Source of the DNA: Thermodesulfobacteriota bacterium
GTDB lineage: Bacteria; Desulfobacterota_D; UBA1144; Nemesobacterales; JAJCZQ01
Reading direction: 5' to 3'
NCBI GenBank assembly: GCA_965215275.1
Contig: OZ244044.1
Span: 1,440,001-1,504,000 of the forward strand
DNA: 64,000 bases
Part shown: one piece after another, positions 50,609 to 60,636 of the stretch
Layout: each line of letters begins with the position of its first letter
How positions within the stretch are numbered: the stretch's first letter is position 1
Position numbers and translations under genes: made by a program
Notes under the pieces: generated by a model
What the model saw: the letters and a program-made list of their open reading frames with translations, nothing else
Databases searched by the model: none
What the model was told of the DNA's origin: nothing

Positions 50609-50762
50609 TTTCTTTATTAAAGGGGATTTTGTCGTTAGATCTGTACTATAACTACTCTCTTGGTTGTGAAAACTCTAACTTATCCCCGTTAGAAGCGTTG
50701 TATTTGCCACGGGATCAGCGGTGGGTGCAGCCTTTTAAATGATCGTTAATAAATAGTTTCTC

Positions 50763-52211
50763 TTACTTTACCTTCCATACGGTTCTTCCAGGCTTGTCTT
50801 CAAGGATTATGCCTTTTTTATGCAGCTCGTTTCTTATCTGATCGGCTTTGTCCCATTTCTTCTCAGACCTTGCGTTGTTCCTTTTCTTAATAAGGTCTTC
50901 TATCTCTTCCGGGGTTATATCAACTGGTTTTTTGGAAGATCTTTTACTTTCCAGGTACTCATCGGGTGTTTTTTCAAGTATTCCCAGCACGTTTGCAAAT
51001 TTATTGATCTCCTTTAACGATTCACCAAGGGTTTTAGTCCATCCATGGCTATCAATGGATTTATTTATCGTTCTTATAAGCTCGAACATATTGCCTATTG
51101 CATTGGCTGTATTAAAATCATCGCACATTGCCTTATGCCATTTATTTCTGAACTTCTCGAGGTTTTCTTCCAGCTCCGGGTCATATCTGGATGGACTGGA
51201 AGCATCTTTGATCTCATAAGCTCTTTTGAGAGTTGTATAGATCCTCTCTATCGAGGCCTCGGTGTCATCCATGACCTGCTCGGAGAAATCAACTGGATTT
51301 TGATAGTGATGCGAGAGAAAGAAAAGCCTGATCGATTCCGGACTCCATTTTTTCACGGCATTTTGAATGGTAAAGAAATTCCCAAGGGATTTTGACATCT
51401 TTTTACTGTCGATCTGAATAAGTCCATTATGTAACCAGTACCTGGCAAAAGGCTTGCCACTTGCCGCTTCGGACTGAGCAATTTCATTTTCATGATGAGG
51501 AAATATAAGATCTTTGCCTCCTCCGTGTATCTCAAAACTATCTCCAAGGTATTCCATGCTCATGGCTGAACACTCAATGTGCCATCCAGGTCTTCCTTCG
51601 CCCCAGGGACTTGACCATGAAGGTTCACCTTCTTTTGCACCTTTCCAAAGTGCAAAATCAAGTGGATCTTCTTTTTTTTCATTAATATCAATACGCACGC
51701 CCTCAAGCATATTATCAGCGGACCTTTTAGAGAGCTTCCCATATTCCTTGAACTTTCTCACTGAGAAAAAAACGTCGTTACCTGAAACGTAGGCTTGTCC
51801 TTTATTGATTATCTTCTTTATAATTTCTATTATCTTGTCAATGTGCTCCGTTACTTTTGGTTCTACGTCAGGCGTCTGAACTCCAATTGCGGCCATATCC
51901 TGTCTGTATTCGCTTATATACCTTTCAGAGATCTTTTCACAGGATACTCCAAGTTCATTTGCACGCCTGATTATCTTGTCGTCAACGTCAGTGTAGTTTC
52001 TGACAAAAGTAACGTCGTAGCCCACGTATCTCAGAAAACGCTGTATAACGTCAAACGAGACCGCGGACCTTGCGTGTCCGAGATGAGCAGAGTCGTAAAC
52101 CGTCGGTCCGCACGCGTATATTCTTACTTTTTTACCCTTTTGCGGGATCAGCTTTTCTTTTTTCTGCGTAAGGCCGTTATATATGGTTATTTCAGGCAGG
52201 TTTTCATTCAT
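50763..52211 (-). CDS. cysS: Cysteine--tRNA ligase
   Basis: CGPTVY, HLGH, GRPGWHIECS, KMSKS. Confidence 0.97.
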   Translation of the reverse strand: MNENLPEITIYNGLTQKKEKLIPQKGKKVRIYACGPTVYDSAHLGHARSAVSFDVIQRFLRYVGYDVTFVRNYTDVDDKIIRRANELGVSCEKISERYISEYRQDMAAIGVQTPDVEPKVTEHIDKIIEIIKKIINKGQAYVSGNDVFFSVRKFKEYGKLSKRSADNMLEGVRIDINEKKEDPLDFALWKGAKEGEPSWSSPWGEGRPGWHIECSAMSMEYLGDSFEIHGGGKDLIFPHHENEIAQSEAASGKPFARYWLHNGLIQIDSKKMSKSLGNFFTIQNAVKKWSPESIRLFFLSHHYQNPVDFSEQVMDDTEASIERIYTTLKRAYEIKDASSPSRYDPELEENLEKFRNKWHKAMCDDFNTANAIGNMFELIRTINKSIDSHGWTKTLGESLKEINKFANVLGILEKTPDEYLESKRSSKKPVDITPEEIEDLIKKRNNARSEKKWDKADQIRNELHKKGIILEDKPGRTVWKVK

Positions 52212-52382
52212 CGTTTCTGTCTCTGATCTCTAATGATGTTTTCATACTATCTGCTTATGAGTTTTTACAGTATTTCCTTTAGCTTCGCAAGCAGGACCTG
52301 TCGCATTGCCGCCATGGTAACCAGTCTTAACTGTCTTCGGGAAGCACCTTCAACTTAAAAAAGAGGTTCATTTCAGCGGCCG

Positions 52383-53474
52383 TTACATGACTGTAATTGC
52401 CTGGGATTGCCATCCAATAAGCAGTATCCAGTCTGTTTCAAGTTGTGGTCCATTAAGGTCCTGATAAAACGGAAGACCTAACTCCAGGGCGATCCTCTGT
52501 CCTTTCAGGAACTTCGTGTTGCTCCGGTTTATAAAGTTGATGCCGATCAGTCCATCCATCCTGTTCCCACCCTGAAGATCAGGCCGGGCAGTTGGTGCAA
52601 GCATCTGGTTAAGTGCCTCATCTGCACCGTCGATCTCTTGCCATAATTTCCAGTTCAGCCGGAAAGAACCGCTCAGCCAGTAATTAAAGTCGTATGCTGA
52701 CCACGTGGTCAGGTCCAGCCTGTTCCCCAGCTTATAATTACGGTCATTTTCGTTCAGCCTGATAGTTGCTTTTGCCTGTCCTCCCAGGTTCAGGTTCTCC
52801 CATCTCTGATAGTAGGTTATCCCCGGCGTTATATCCCAGGTGCCGGAACCAAGCTGCATAGGGTATGGAAGCTGTGTTCTGTTTGGTCCCGTTGGCGTCG
52901 GAACCGTGTCTTTTTTATCGATTGATCCCGTTGGAAAGCTCATTCCAAAGTTCAGGATAAGGCTTCTTTTACTGCCTTGATCAGTGATCCTGTATAAACC
53001 CTCGAACCTGATATCTCCGATCCCTTCGGAACTGGTTTTAAACTGTCCACCCGTCCTGTTTTTTATATCTATTGATTTTTTCACGTAGGGAACTGAACCC
53101 ATGAGCGTTAACTTATCAGTTAATCCTAACATACCGCCGAACATGTGCATCTGCTCTTTCATCTTGATTGGCGTTGCCATAAAATCTGCAAGTACCTGTT
53201 CATCGGTTATCCCGTCCGTCCCGTTCCTCATTCCTTCCATTGCCATAAACATGTAGCGATAGGAGAACATTAATTCACCTGTCTCGTGCGTGTGTTCTCC
53301 CATTACTCCGATCGGTCCATGGTCGCCTGCCTTAAGTCCGTCTTCAGATCCGGTCCTTGCATCTGCAGATAAGACGGATATTGATGTTATTATTATGATC
53401 AGTGCTGCCGCTGTCAGCAGGTTCTGGAGCACCTTCAGATCTTTACAGGGATAGATGGACCGGGATCTGATCAT
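52383..53474 (-). CDS. Putative outer-membrane beta-barrel transporter with His/Met-rich N-terminus
   Basis: Signal peptide, DHGPIGVMGEHTH, LPYPMQLGSGTWD, amphipathic beta strands. Confidence 0.7.
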   Translation of the reverse strand: MIRSRSIYPCKDLKVLQNLLTAAALIIIITSISVLSADARTGSEDGLKAGDHGPIGVMGEHTHETGELMFSYRYMFMAMEGMRNGTDGITDEQVLADFMATPIKMKEQMHMFGGMLGLTDKLTLMGSVPYVKKSIDIKNRTGGQFKTSSEGIGDIRFEGLYRITDQGSKRSLILNFGMSFPTGSIDKKDTVPTPTGPNRTQLPYPMQLGSGTWDITPGITYYQRWENLNLGGQAKATIRLNENDRNYKLGNRLDLTTWSAYDFNYWLSGSFRLNWKLWQEIDGADEALNQMLAPTARPDLQGGNRMDGLIGINFINRSNTKFLKGQRIALELGLPFYQDLNGPQLETDWILLIGWQSQAITVM

Positions 53475-53544
53475 AGAACTTTCCGGAACGTAACGTCCTT
53501 GTTCCTTATGTTTTTCAAAAGCAGACGTGAACTGTTTACAGGGT

Positions 53545-54297
53545 CTATGTTTTTGTTGTTTTTGTTTTGCAGCGTGCTTTCAGTGATTCTATAAAATTTT
53601 TCTGAACGATCTTGCTTGCCCTTCTGATCGGTTCTAAAACCATACTTTCGTATGCTTCAAGAGCGGTCTTTTCAAGTTTACTGTCCCCTGTTTTTCTGGC
53701 AAGCCGGAGCATGGCGATAGAGTTATGAAAAACCGCCTTGAAAAGGTTTTTGCGAGCTTTATCAAGATCAAGGTCCTCAAGGTTCTTCTGTGCTTCGAGC
53801 GTTGCATTAAATCCCACTCCGCAGAAAAGGGTAATGAACTTTTTTGCCTCTTTTTCCGACATACCTTCCATTAAATAGACAAGCGGGGCTTCCACCACGG
53901 ATTCAAGTTCGTTCTTGCTGCCGGACAGGATCTGTGCCAACTGTTTGATCTTGCCGTCGTCCGAATCGGACAGTATATCTCCAAGTGCGTTCTGCACGTG
54001 CATGAGTGCGAAACTGTCCTTTATCTCGTTAAGGCCAAGACCTTCCGACCTCAGTGCCTTTACCTGAACCAGTTTTTCGATCGTTCTTTCAGGATAGTAC
54101 TCTGTGACGTCTTTTGTACCGGTCTTTGCCTTTTTTATTTTAGGCCTGGGAATCAGTTCAAGCTTTGCATAATTACGTATTATGCGTTCTGGGCTTTTTC
54201 CAAGGTCGATCTTTCTCTCTCTGGACCTCTCTATGAGTTCTTCTATTGTAAGATATTTCACGCGGAAAATGTTACGCTCAAAAAGGGGATATTGCAA
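53545..54297 (-). CDS. MerR-like HTH domain protein
   Basis: RIIRNYAKLELIPRP...YYPE...LRSEGLGLNEIK. Confidence 0.6.
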   Translation of the reverse strand: MQYPLFERNIFRVKYLTIEELIERSRERKIDLGKSPERIIRNYAKLELIPRPKIKKAKTGTKDVTEYYPERTIEKLVQVKALRSEGLGLNEIKDSFALMHVQNALGDILSDSDDGKIKQLAQILSGSKNELESVVEAPLVYLMEGMSEKEAKKFITLFCGVGFNATLEAQKNLEDLDLDKARKNLFKAVFHNSIAMLRLARKTGDSKLEKTALEAYESMVLEPIRRASKIVQKNFIESLKARCKTKTTKT

Positions 54298-54476
54298 CCC
54301 CTTACCCGTATATCTCTTATAATGCGTGGTCTTAACGCCTGTATTTTTTGGGAATTATATATTTAACCAAACAGAAATAAAATATGGACCTTGTATCTTT
54401 ATAGCTGTTAACCTGTTATGAGATATTATTCATCCACTTGACATTCGTTCAGGGTACAAAGTAAAATAACAAAGCT

Positions 54477-56195
54477 ATGAACATCTCATTTAGAATAATA
54501 CCCCCCCCATATAAGTCATTAATATCCTTTCTCCTTCTTCTGTGCCTTGTGTCCATTGAGGCATATGGACAGATCAATAACTGTGACACCAGTACTACCG
54601 GTTTCAATGATCCCTTATACGGCTGTCAGTGGCATCTGAAAAACACGGGACAGCTTGGGGCTGTAACTGCCTCTGGAGAAGATATAAACGTAGAAGGGGT
54701 CTGGGACGATAACAGGTTCGGTGCCGGAATTAACGTGGCGGTGGTGGATGACGGTATGCAGACGGGTCATGAGGACCTTTCTGATAATGTAAATAACAGC
54801 CTTAACCATGATTATTCAGGAGGCAGTGACGTATACGACCCTTCAAAAGCTCGCGGAACGCGTGTATCGGGAGTTATAGCAGCAGCGGGAGATAACGGTA
54901 TTGGAGCAAGAGGAGCGGCACCACGGGCAGGCATCTACAGTTATAACCTGGCCGGTAATTTAAACAGCGCTAACGCAAAGGACGCCATGACCCGTAACAG
55001 AGATACAACGGCTGTATCCGTCAACAACTGGGGACCGAATGACCTGCCTCTTCTCAGGGAGGCTTCATCAGAGTGGGAAGAGGGAGTGGAGACGGGTATA
55101 AGTGAAGGGTTTGGTGGTAAGGGGGTATTTTATGTATGGGCGGCCGGGGACGGAGATAAAAGGGCAGATCAGGCTAATTTTGATGAGTATTCCAACTACT
55201 ACGCAGTAACCACCGTATGTTCGGTGGATGGAGAAGGAAACAAGAGCTCTTTTTCAGAGGAGGGAGTAAATCTGTGGGTATGTGCTCCAGGTGAAGATAT
55301 TACAACTACTGACAATAACGATGGATATATTTTTGATGCGAGTGGAACGGCATATTCAGCAGCGCAGGTTGCAGGTGTGGCGGCACTGATGAGAGAGGTA
55401 AACGGAGACCTTGGCTGGAGGGACATAAAGCTTATACTTGCAGCTTCAGCCCGTAAGAACGACGGTTCCGACACGAACTGGGAGACGGGAGCACGGAAAT
55501 ACGGTTCTGATACAGAGAGTTATAATTACAATCCTAGGTACGGTTTCGGCGTGGCAGATGCCGACGCGGCAGTAAAGCTTGCTGAAAGCTGGACTAACGT
55601 TCCAGGGATGAGAACTCAGACCGTTTCCTCGGGAACTGTTGATATGGAAATCCCCATCCACAGCAATGGAGCAGACGGAGAAGTTACTGCCAGACTGACC
55701 ATACCGGATAATGAGTTTTTTACAGAATTTGTAGAGATAGAACTTGATTCCACTTACGGTTACTTTCCAAGTTTAGCTATACAGATAGCGTCCCCTGACG
55801 GTACTGTGTCTGAACTTACCGAGGAGTATTATGCAGGAGCTTTCTCAATTATAAATACCACTCCACTCACTGCAAGCGACTTTATTTACACCGACAGAAC
55901 TCATCGTTTTGGTTCAGCCAGACACCTTGGAGAAGACCCTGCCGGAGAATGGACCTTGAAGATAACTAACACTGATCTGTTTTCTTCAGGCACAGCAACT
56001 TTACACTCGTGGAGCATTAAAGTCTATGGTCACAGTAAGGAAGATACAGTTAGTGATACGTTTGGAGGAGGATGTGTGCTCTCAGATCAGAACGAAGCTG
56101 TTTCTGATCTGCTCACAGCAGTGGCATCTCTGATGCTTATACCCTTATCAGCAGCGATCAGAAAGAAGGTAAGGTCTCATATAAACACCTGGTAA
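54477..56195 (+). CDS. Exported S8/kexin-like pseudo-protease with P-domain and anchor (paralog C)
   Basis: Very similar to paralog A; RGT, GTAY and AAGD substitutions; GGGC-TM-basic tail. Confidence 0.87.
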   Translation: MNISFRIIPPPYKSLISFLLLLCLVSIEAYGQINNCDTSTTGFNDPLYGCQWHLKNTGQLGAVTASGEDINVEGVWDDNRFGAGINVAVVDDGMQTGHEDLSDNVNNSLNHDYSGGSDVYDPSKARGTRVSGVIAAAGDNGIGARGAAPRAGIYSYNLAGNLNSANAKDAMTRNRDTTAVSVNNWGPNDLPLLREASSEWEEGVETGISEGFGGKGVFYVWAAGDGDKRADQANFDEYSNYYAVTTVCSVDGEGNKSSFSEEGVNLWVCAPGEDITTTDNNDGYIFDASGTAYSAAQVAGVAALMREVNGDLGWRDIKLILAASARKNDGSDTNWETGARKYGSDTESYNYNPRYGFGVADADAAVKLAESWTNVPGMRTQTVSSGTVDMEIPIHSNGADGEVTARLTIPDNEFFTEFVEIELDSTYGYFPSLAIQIASPDGTVSELTEEYYAGAFSIINTTPLTASDFIYTDRTHRFGSARHLGEDPAGEWTLKITNTDLFSSGTATLHSWSIKVYGHSKEDTVSDTFGGGCVLSDQNEAVSDLLTAVASLMLIPLSAAIRKKVRSHINTW

Positions 56196-56305
56196 TTCAC
56201 TTCTTTCCAGGACACTTAATTAACTGAGATCTTTCCCGTCAGATATAACGTTGTTAAGAACATCGTCTTTGTTCATTCAGCATGGCCGTCTGTATAATTT
56301 CTTTT

Positions 56306-59300
56306 GGGAACTATAATAGGAAAGTTGACAAAAATGAGGGTTACCCTGAACGGTTGACAGGCTGTATTTTACCTTTATTATTATCAGTGGGAACTGAATA
56401 CCGTCAATTACAGTGAACGGGATAAAAAAGAGAATGATCCCCTGCGTCCTGAATATCATTGTCATTGCAGGAAAGGAAAGAGAAAGAAATTATACTTGAC
56501 ATTCGTTCATAATACGAAGTAAAATATCAGTGTTATGAAAAATTTCATGAAAAATTCAAACATAAAAACAAAAACACGTAGTTCCATTACCCCCCCCCGT
56601 GTATACCTGACCTTTCAGCCTGGTATAAGTGTTTTTTAAGAACAATGTTTAAGATAATACCCCCCCCATCTAAGTCATTACTAACTTTAGTCTTTATTCT
56701 TCTGTGTATAATGGTAATAGCTGCAAAAGGGCAGAGCAGCCTGGAAGAAACATTATCTGAATGCAGAGGTAACAGTGCAGACGTGGAAGATCCGTTATAC
56801 GGATGTCAGTGGCATCTGAAGAACACGGGGCAGTTTATTTATTCAGGAAAGAGAATAACATCAGGAGAAGATATAAACGTAGAGGGAGTGTGGAACGAAG
56901 ACGTATACGGTTCTGGAATTAACGTAGCAATAGTAAGTGACGGTATCGACCTTTCACATGAGGACCTTTCTGCAAACGTCCGTTCCGGACTGAACTATGA
57001 TCTGTCTGACAGTTCATCTTTTAGTGGGACACGAGCGGCAGGAGTTATTGCAGCAACTGGATATAACGGACTGGGAGTAAGAGGAACAGCACCGGGTGCG
57101 AGTATATACAGTTACAGGTTATCCGGTGATCTCAGTGAAGCGGACGCGGTGGTCCGTAATAAGGAAATAACCGCAGTATCGGTTAACGGCCGGGGATCTG
57201 AGGACGGAGCTTTTTTTCAGGAGGCTTCATCTTCCTGGGAAGAAGGAGTGGAACTTGGAATAAGTAAAGGGTTTTATGGAAAAGGTGTGTTTTACGTCCG
57301 GGGAGCAGGGGACGGGCATGAAAGCGGAGATCAGGCTAATTTTAATGAATATTCCAGCTATTACGGAGTAACAGCCGTTTGTTCAACTGACGGTTATGGA
57401 AAAAAGAGTATTTTTTCAGAAGAGGGAGTAAATCTATGGGTATGTGCACCTGGTTCTGATATTGTAACCACAGATAACAACAACGATTACGTTGTAACTT
57501 CCGGAACATTTCTATCAGCTTCACAGGTCGGAGGAGTGGCAGCACTGCTGAGAGAGATAAACGGAGATCTGAGCTGGAGGGATATAAAGCTTATACTTGC
57601 GGGTTCAGCACGGCAGAACGATATTTTTGACCTTAGCTGGGAGACTGGAGCGGTAAAATACGGTTCTGACGTGGAAAGATATAATTATAATCCTAAGTAT
57701 GGTTTTGGCGTGGTAGACGCAGAAGCAGCTGCAGAACTTGCAGGAAGCTGGAAAGGCGTTGGAGAAATGAGGACCGTTACCGCCTTTTCAGATAATGAGA
57801 TAACAATTCCTTATGGAGAAGGAAATGGAGAAGGAGAGGCAGACGGGGTACTTGTCTCCAGACTTATGATCCCGGACGTGGAGGAAATATTTACGGAATT
57901 CGTTGAAGTTGAACTTGTTCTCTCGTGTGACTGCTTACAGGACCTCAATATAAAGCTAACCTCTCCTTCCGGGACAGTGTCTGAACTTGTAAGGGAGTTT
58001 TCAGGGGAGGAAGAAGACGCTGATATCAGTTACCTGAGAAGAACACATCGTTTCGGGTCGGCAAGACACCTCGGAGAAGACCCTGCCGGAGAATGGAACC
58101 TTAAAATATCCGATACTGCTTCCGGAGATGAAGAAGATACAGAAAACACTGTTACCTTACACTCATGGAGCATTAAGGTATACGGGCATGTTTTTTTACA
58201 GGATTTTGGCAAGGAGATCATTACCAAGGCTTTCAGCTTGGGAAGTATCTCTAATAAAACTTACAGAGAAGGAGTTCAGATAACACCATTAGTGCTGCCT
58301 GAGGCAACTGGAACTAATCTGTCAATTACTTACAGTTTAAGTCCTGCCCCACCTGCCGGATTGACCTTTGACAAAACCACCCGAACGATAAGCGGAACAC
58401 CAACTGCTGTAGGCAGGACAAGGCATAATTATAGGGCAAGCATTCCTGGCCAACAACTCAATAGAAACTTTCATATCACGGTAGAAAATAACCCACCCAC
58501 CTTCGGCAGTGAGACTATCCCAAAGAAGAGATATATTCAAGGGACAAATGTAGGTCTTCCAGTAACGCTGCCTGCTGCTACCGGAGGAAATGGAACTTTA
58601 AATTACAGTTTAACCCCTTCATTACCAACTGGATTGGAATTTAATCCTGCTACCCGAGTGATAAGTGGAACTCCAACTGATATTATACAAACTCCTGGTC
58701 GACTTTATACATATAAGGTAACGGACAGTGATGGAGATATAGATAGTTTGAGTTTCCGTATTGAAATATTCAGGGACCAAACGCCAACTTTTAGTGGTGT
58801 GATGGTAGATGATCAGGTGTATACAGCAGGGGTTCAGATAACACCATTAGAGCTGCCTAGGTCAATATTAGGGAATAGCCCATCACACAGTATTACTCCT
58901 GAATTACCTGATGGATTGATTATTGAGACAGAGACGGGCGGTGACGGTGGAATGAGAAGAATAATCATCATACGCGGAACACCAACTACAGCAATGCCTG
59001 AGACTGAGTATACATGGAGAGTAAGAGACACAGATGGAGATACGGACGAGTTAACGTTCAGTATTACTGTATTAGCAGAACCAAACACAGAACCAACCTT
59101 CGGCAGTGAAACTATAGATAACAAGGTGTATATAAACGGAGAGGCAGTAATGGAAACACTGCCTGAAGCAACGTCAGGGAATGCACCATTAACTTACAGT
59201 TTAACTAATATTGGTTCAACTGCTTTGACTTTAGCCGTGGACTTTGATAAGAACACCAGAGTGTTAAGTGGAACACCCAATGTTAATGTACACCTACTTC

Positions 59301-60591
59301 CTATAACTCGTGCATATACATATAAAGTAACAGACAATGATGGAGATACAGCAGAGATAACGTTCAGTATAACAATAGAAGAAGACAGCGAGCCGGACTT
59401 CAGCGTGACGACGATAGAAGATCAGGTGTACATGGGGAGATCAATAAGGTTGCCGGTAGCAACGGGAGGGAATGCACCGTTAGTATACAGTATAACGCCT
59501 CCCTTACCTCCTGGGTTGAGATTGGACAGAGACACAGGGGTAATAAGCGGGACGCCCGCGAGTGCGTCGTCTGAGAGGACCTACACGTACACGGTAATGG
59601 ACAGGGACGGAGACATTAAAGAGTTGACCTTCAGGTTCAGTGCAGAGGTTCCTTCTACTCCAGGACCAGGACCAACAAGAACGTCAGGTAGTGATCCAGG
59701 CGGAGGTGGAGGAGGATGTGCCGTCTCGGATCAGAGCAGCGCCGTTTCTGATATTCCTGGAGTAATGGCATGTCTGATACTTATACCCGTGTCGGTATTG
59801 ATCAGAAGGAAGGGAAGAGCTCGGATAAGGACCTGGCAATGAGTTCCTTTCAGGGACGTTCATGAGAGAGGACCGCGTAATGGTCCTCCCATGTACCCGT
59901 CCGCTTAAGGTAAAGGCAGCGTTACCGCGCACTGGACCGTCCCTGTATTCTGATGAGACGACGGGAGAAGCAGAGGAAGGCATCAGCACGGGTGATCTTC
60001 CGGACGTTCCGTTTACTGAGGTATACCGTTCCCCGTTATAATCCCGTTGTCAGCGTTCCCGGCAGGATACCTTTACAGGGAAAGGGAGCAGGTAGATATA
60101 AAGGCAGGTACACGTCCGGGGATTAGTCCTGAAGGTCTGAAAAGGTTCCGTATCGTGTAATTTCAGCCACGGGGAGGCGTTCACGGTTCCTGGAACGGGA
60201 GGACTTCAACGTCATGGACACGCGGACTTGCCGCTTCGGGGAAAGCGGGGACCCTGACCGAAGAAGGCAGGGAAGTGATCAGGGTTATACTGACCATGCC
60301 GACCGGTCTGAGACAGATAAGGATAAGGTCAGTAAAGGAAAAATAAAAGGTAAACCTCGGGTGAAACCTGCCGCCGCTGATCATAAAGGAAAAACAACGG
60401 GCAATGGATAGATCATCAAGGATGTTTTTAAAAACGGGATAAATCCCGCATAAACGACCTGAAAAAAACAACTAAATAAGAACTGAACAAAAGGTTTAAA
60501 TTGGCAGCAGGTCCTAAAGGAGATCATTTTATAAAAGAAGTTAATGATCAAAGAAAATTATGGGACCTGTCAACTTTCCTTTATAGTTCCC
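56306..60591. mobile_element. 4286-bp transposase-less cargo element carrying paralog D
   Basis: Left GGGAACTATAATAGGAAAGTTGACA, right rev. comp. GGGAACTATAAAGGAAAGTTGACA; perfect TSD TTTCTTTT at 56298-56305 and 60592-60599. Confidence 0.88.
56645..59842 (+). CDS. Exported S8/kexin-like pseudo-protease with P-domain, 5 putative Ig-like repeats and anchor (paralog D)
   Basis: Triad positions read VSDG, SGT, GTFL; close paralog of B. Confidence 0.87.
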   Translation: MFKIIPPPSKSLLTLVFILLCIMVIAAKGQSSLEETLSECRGNSADVEDPLYGCQWHLKNTGQFIYSGKRITSGEDINVEGVWNEDVYGSGINVAIVSDGIDLSHEDLSANVRSGLNYDLSDSSSFSGTRAAGVIAATGYNGLGVRGTAPGASIYSYRLSGDLSEADAVVRNKEITAVSVNGRGSEDGAFFQEASSSWEEGVELGISKGFYGKGVFYVRGAGDGHESGDQANFNEYSSYYGVTAVCSTDGYGKKSIFSEEGVNLWVCAPGSDIVTTDNNNDYVVTSGTFLSASQVGGVAALLREINGDLSWRDIKLILAGSARQNDIFDLSWETGAVKYGSDVERYNYNPKYGFGVVDAEAAAELAGSWKGVGEMRTVTAFSDNEITIPYGEGNGEGEADGVLVSRLMIPDVEEIFTEFVEVELVLSCDCLQDLNIKLTSPSGTVSELVREFSGEEEDADISYLRRTHRFGSARHLGEDPAGEWNLKISDTASGDEEDTENTVTLHSWSIKVYGHVFLQDFGKEIITKAFSLGSISNKTYREGVQITPLVLPEATGTNLSITYSLSPAPPAGLTFDKTTRTISGTPTAVGRTRHNYRASIPGQQLNRNFHITVENNPPTFGSETIPKKRYIQGTNVGLPVTLPAATGGNGTLNYSLTPSLPTGLEFNPATRVISGTPTDIIQTPGRLYTYKVTDSDGDIDSLSFRIEIFRDQTPTFSGVMVDDQVYTAGVQITPLELPRSILGNSPSHSITPELPDGLIIETETGGDGGMRRIIIIRGTPTTAMPETEYTWRVRDTDGDTDELTFSITVLAEPNTEPTFGSETIDNKVYINGEAVMETLPEATSGNAPLTYSLTNIGSTALTLAVDFDKNTRVLSGTPNVNVHLLPITRAYTYKVTDNDGDTAEITFSITIEEDSEPDFSVTTIEDQVYMGRSIRLPVATGGNAPLVYSITPPLPPGLRLDRDTGVISGTPASASSERTYTYTVMDRDGDIKELTFRFSAEVPSTPGPGPTRTSGSDPGGGGGGCAVSDQSSAVSDIPGVMACLILIPVSVLIRRKGRARIRTWQ

Positions 60592-60636
60592 TTTCTTTTT
60601 TGATTTTTCTTTATGGTGTGTTCATAATTATCCGAT

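Noticed and set aside
54350..56303. A complete TIR element around paralog C
   Set aside because: The right-end candidate TATAATTTCT is too degenerate and no matching 8-bp duplication was found.
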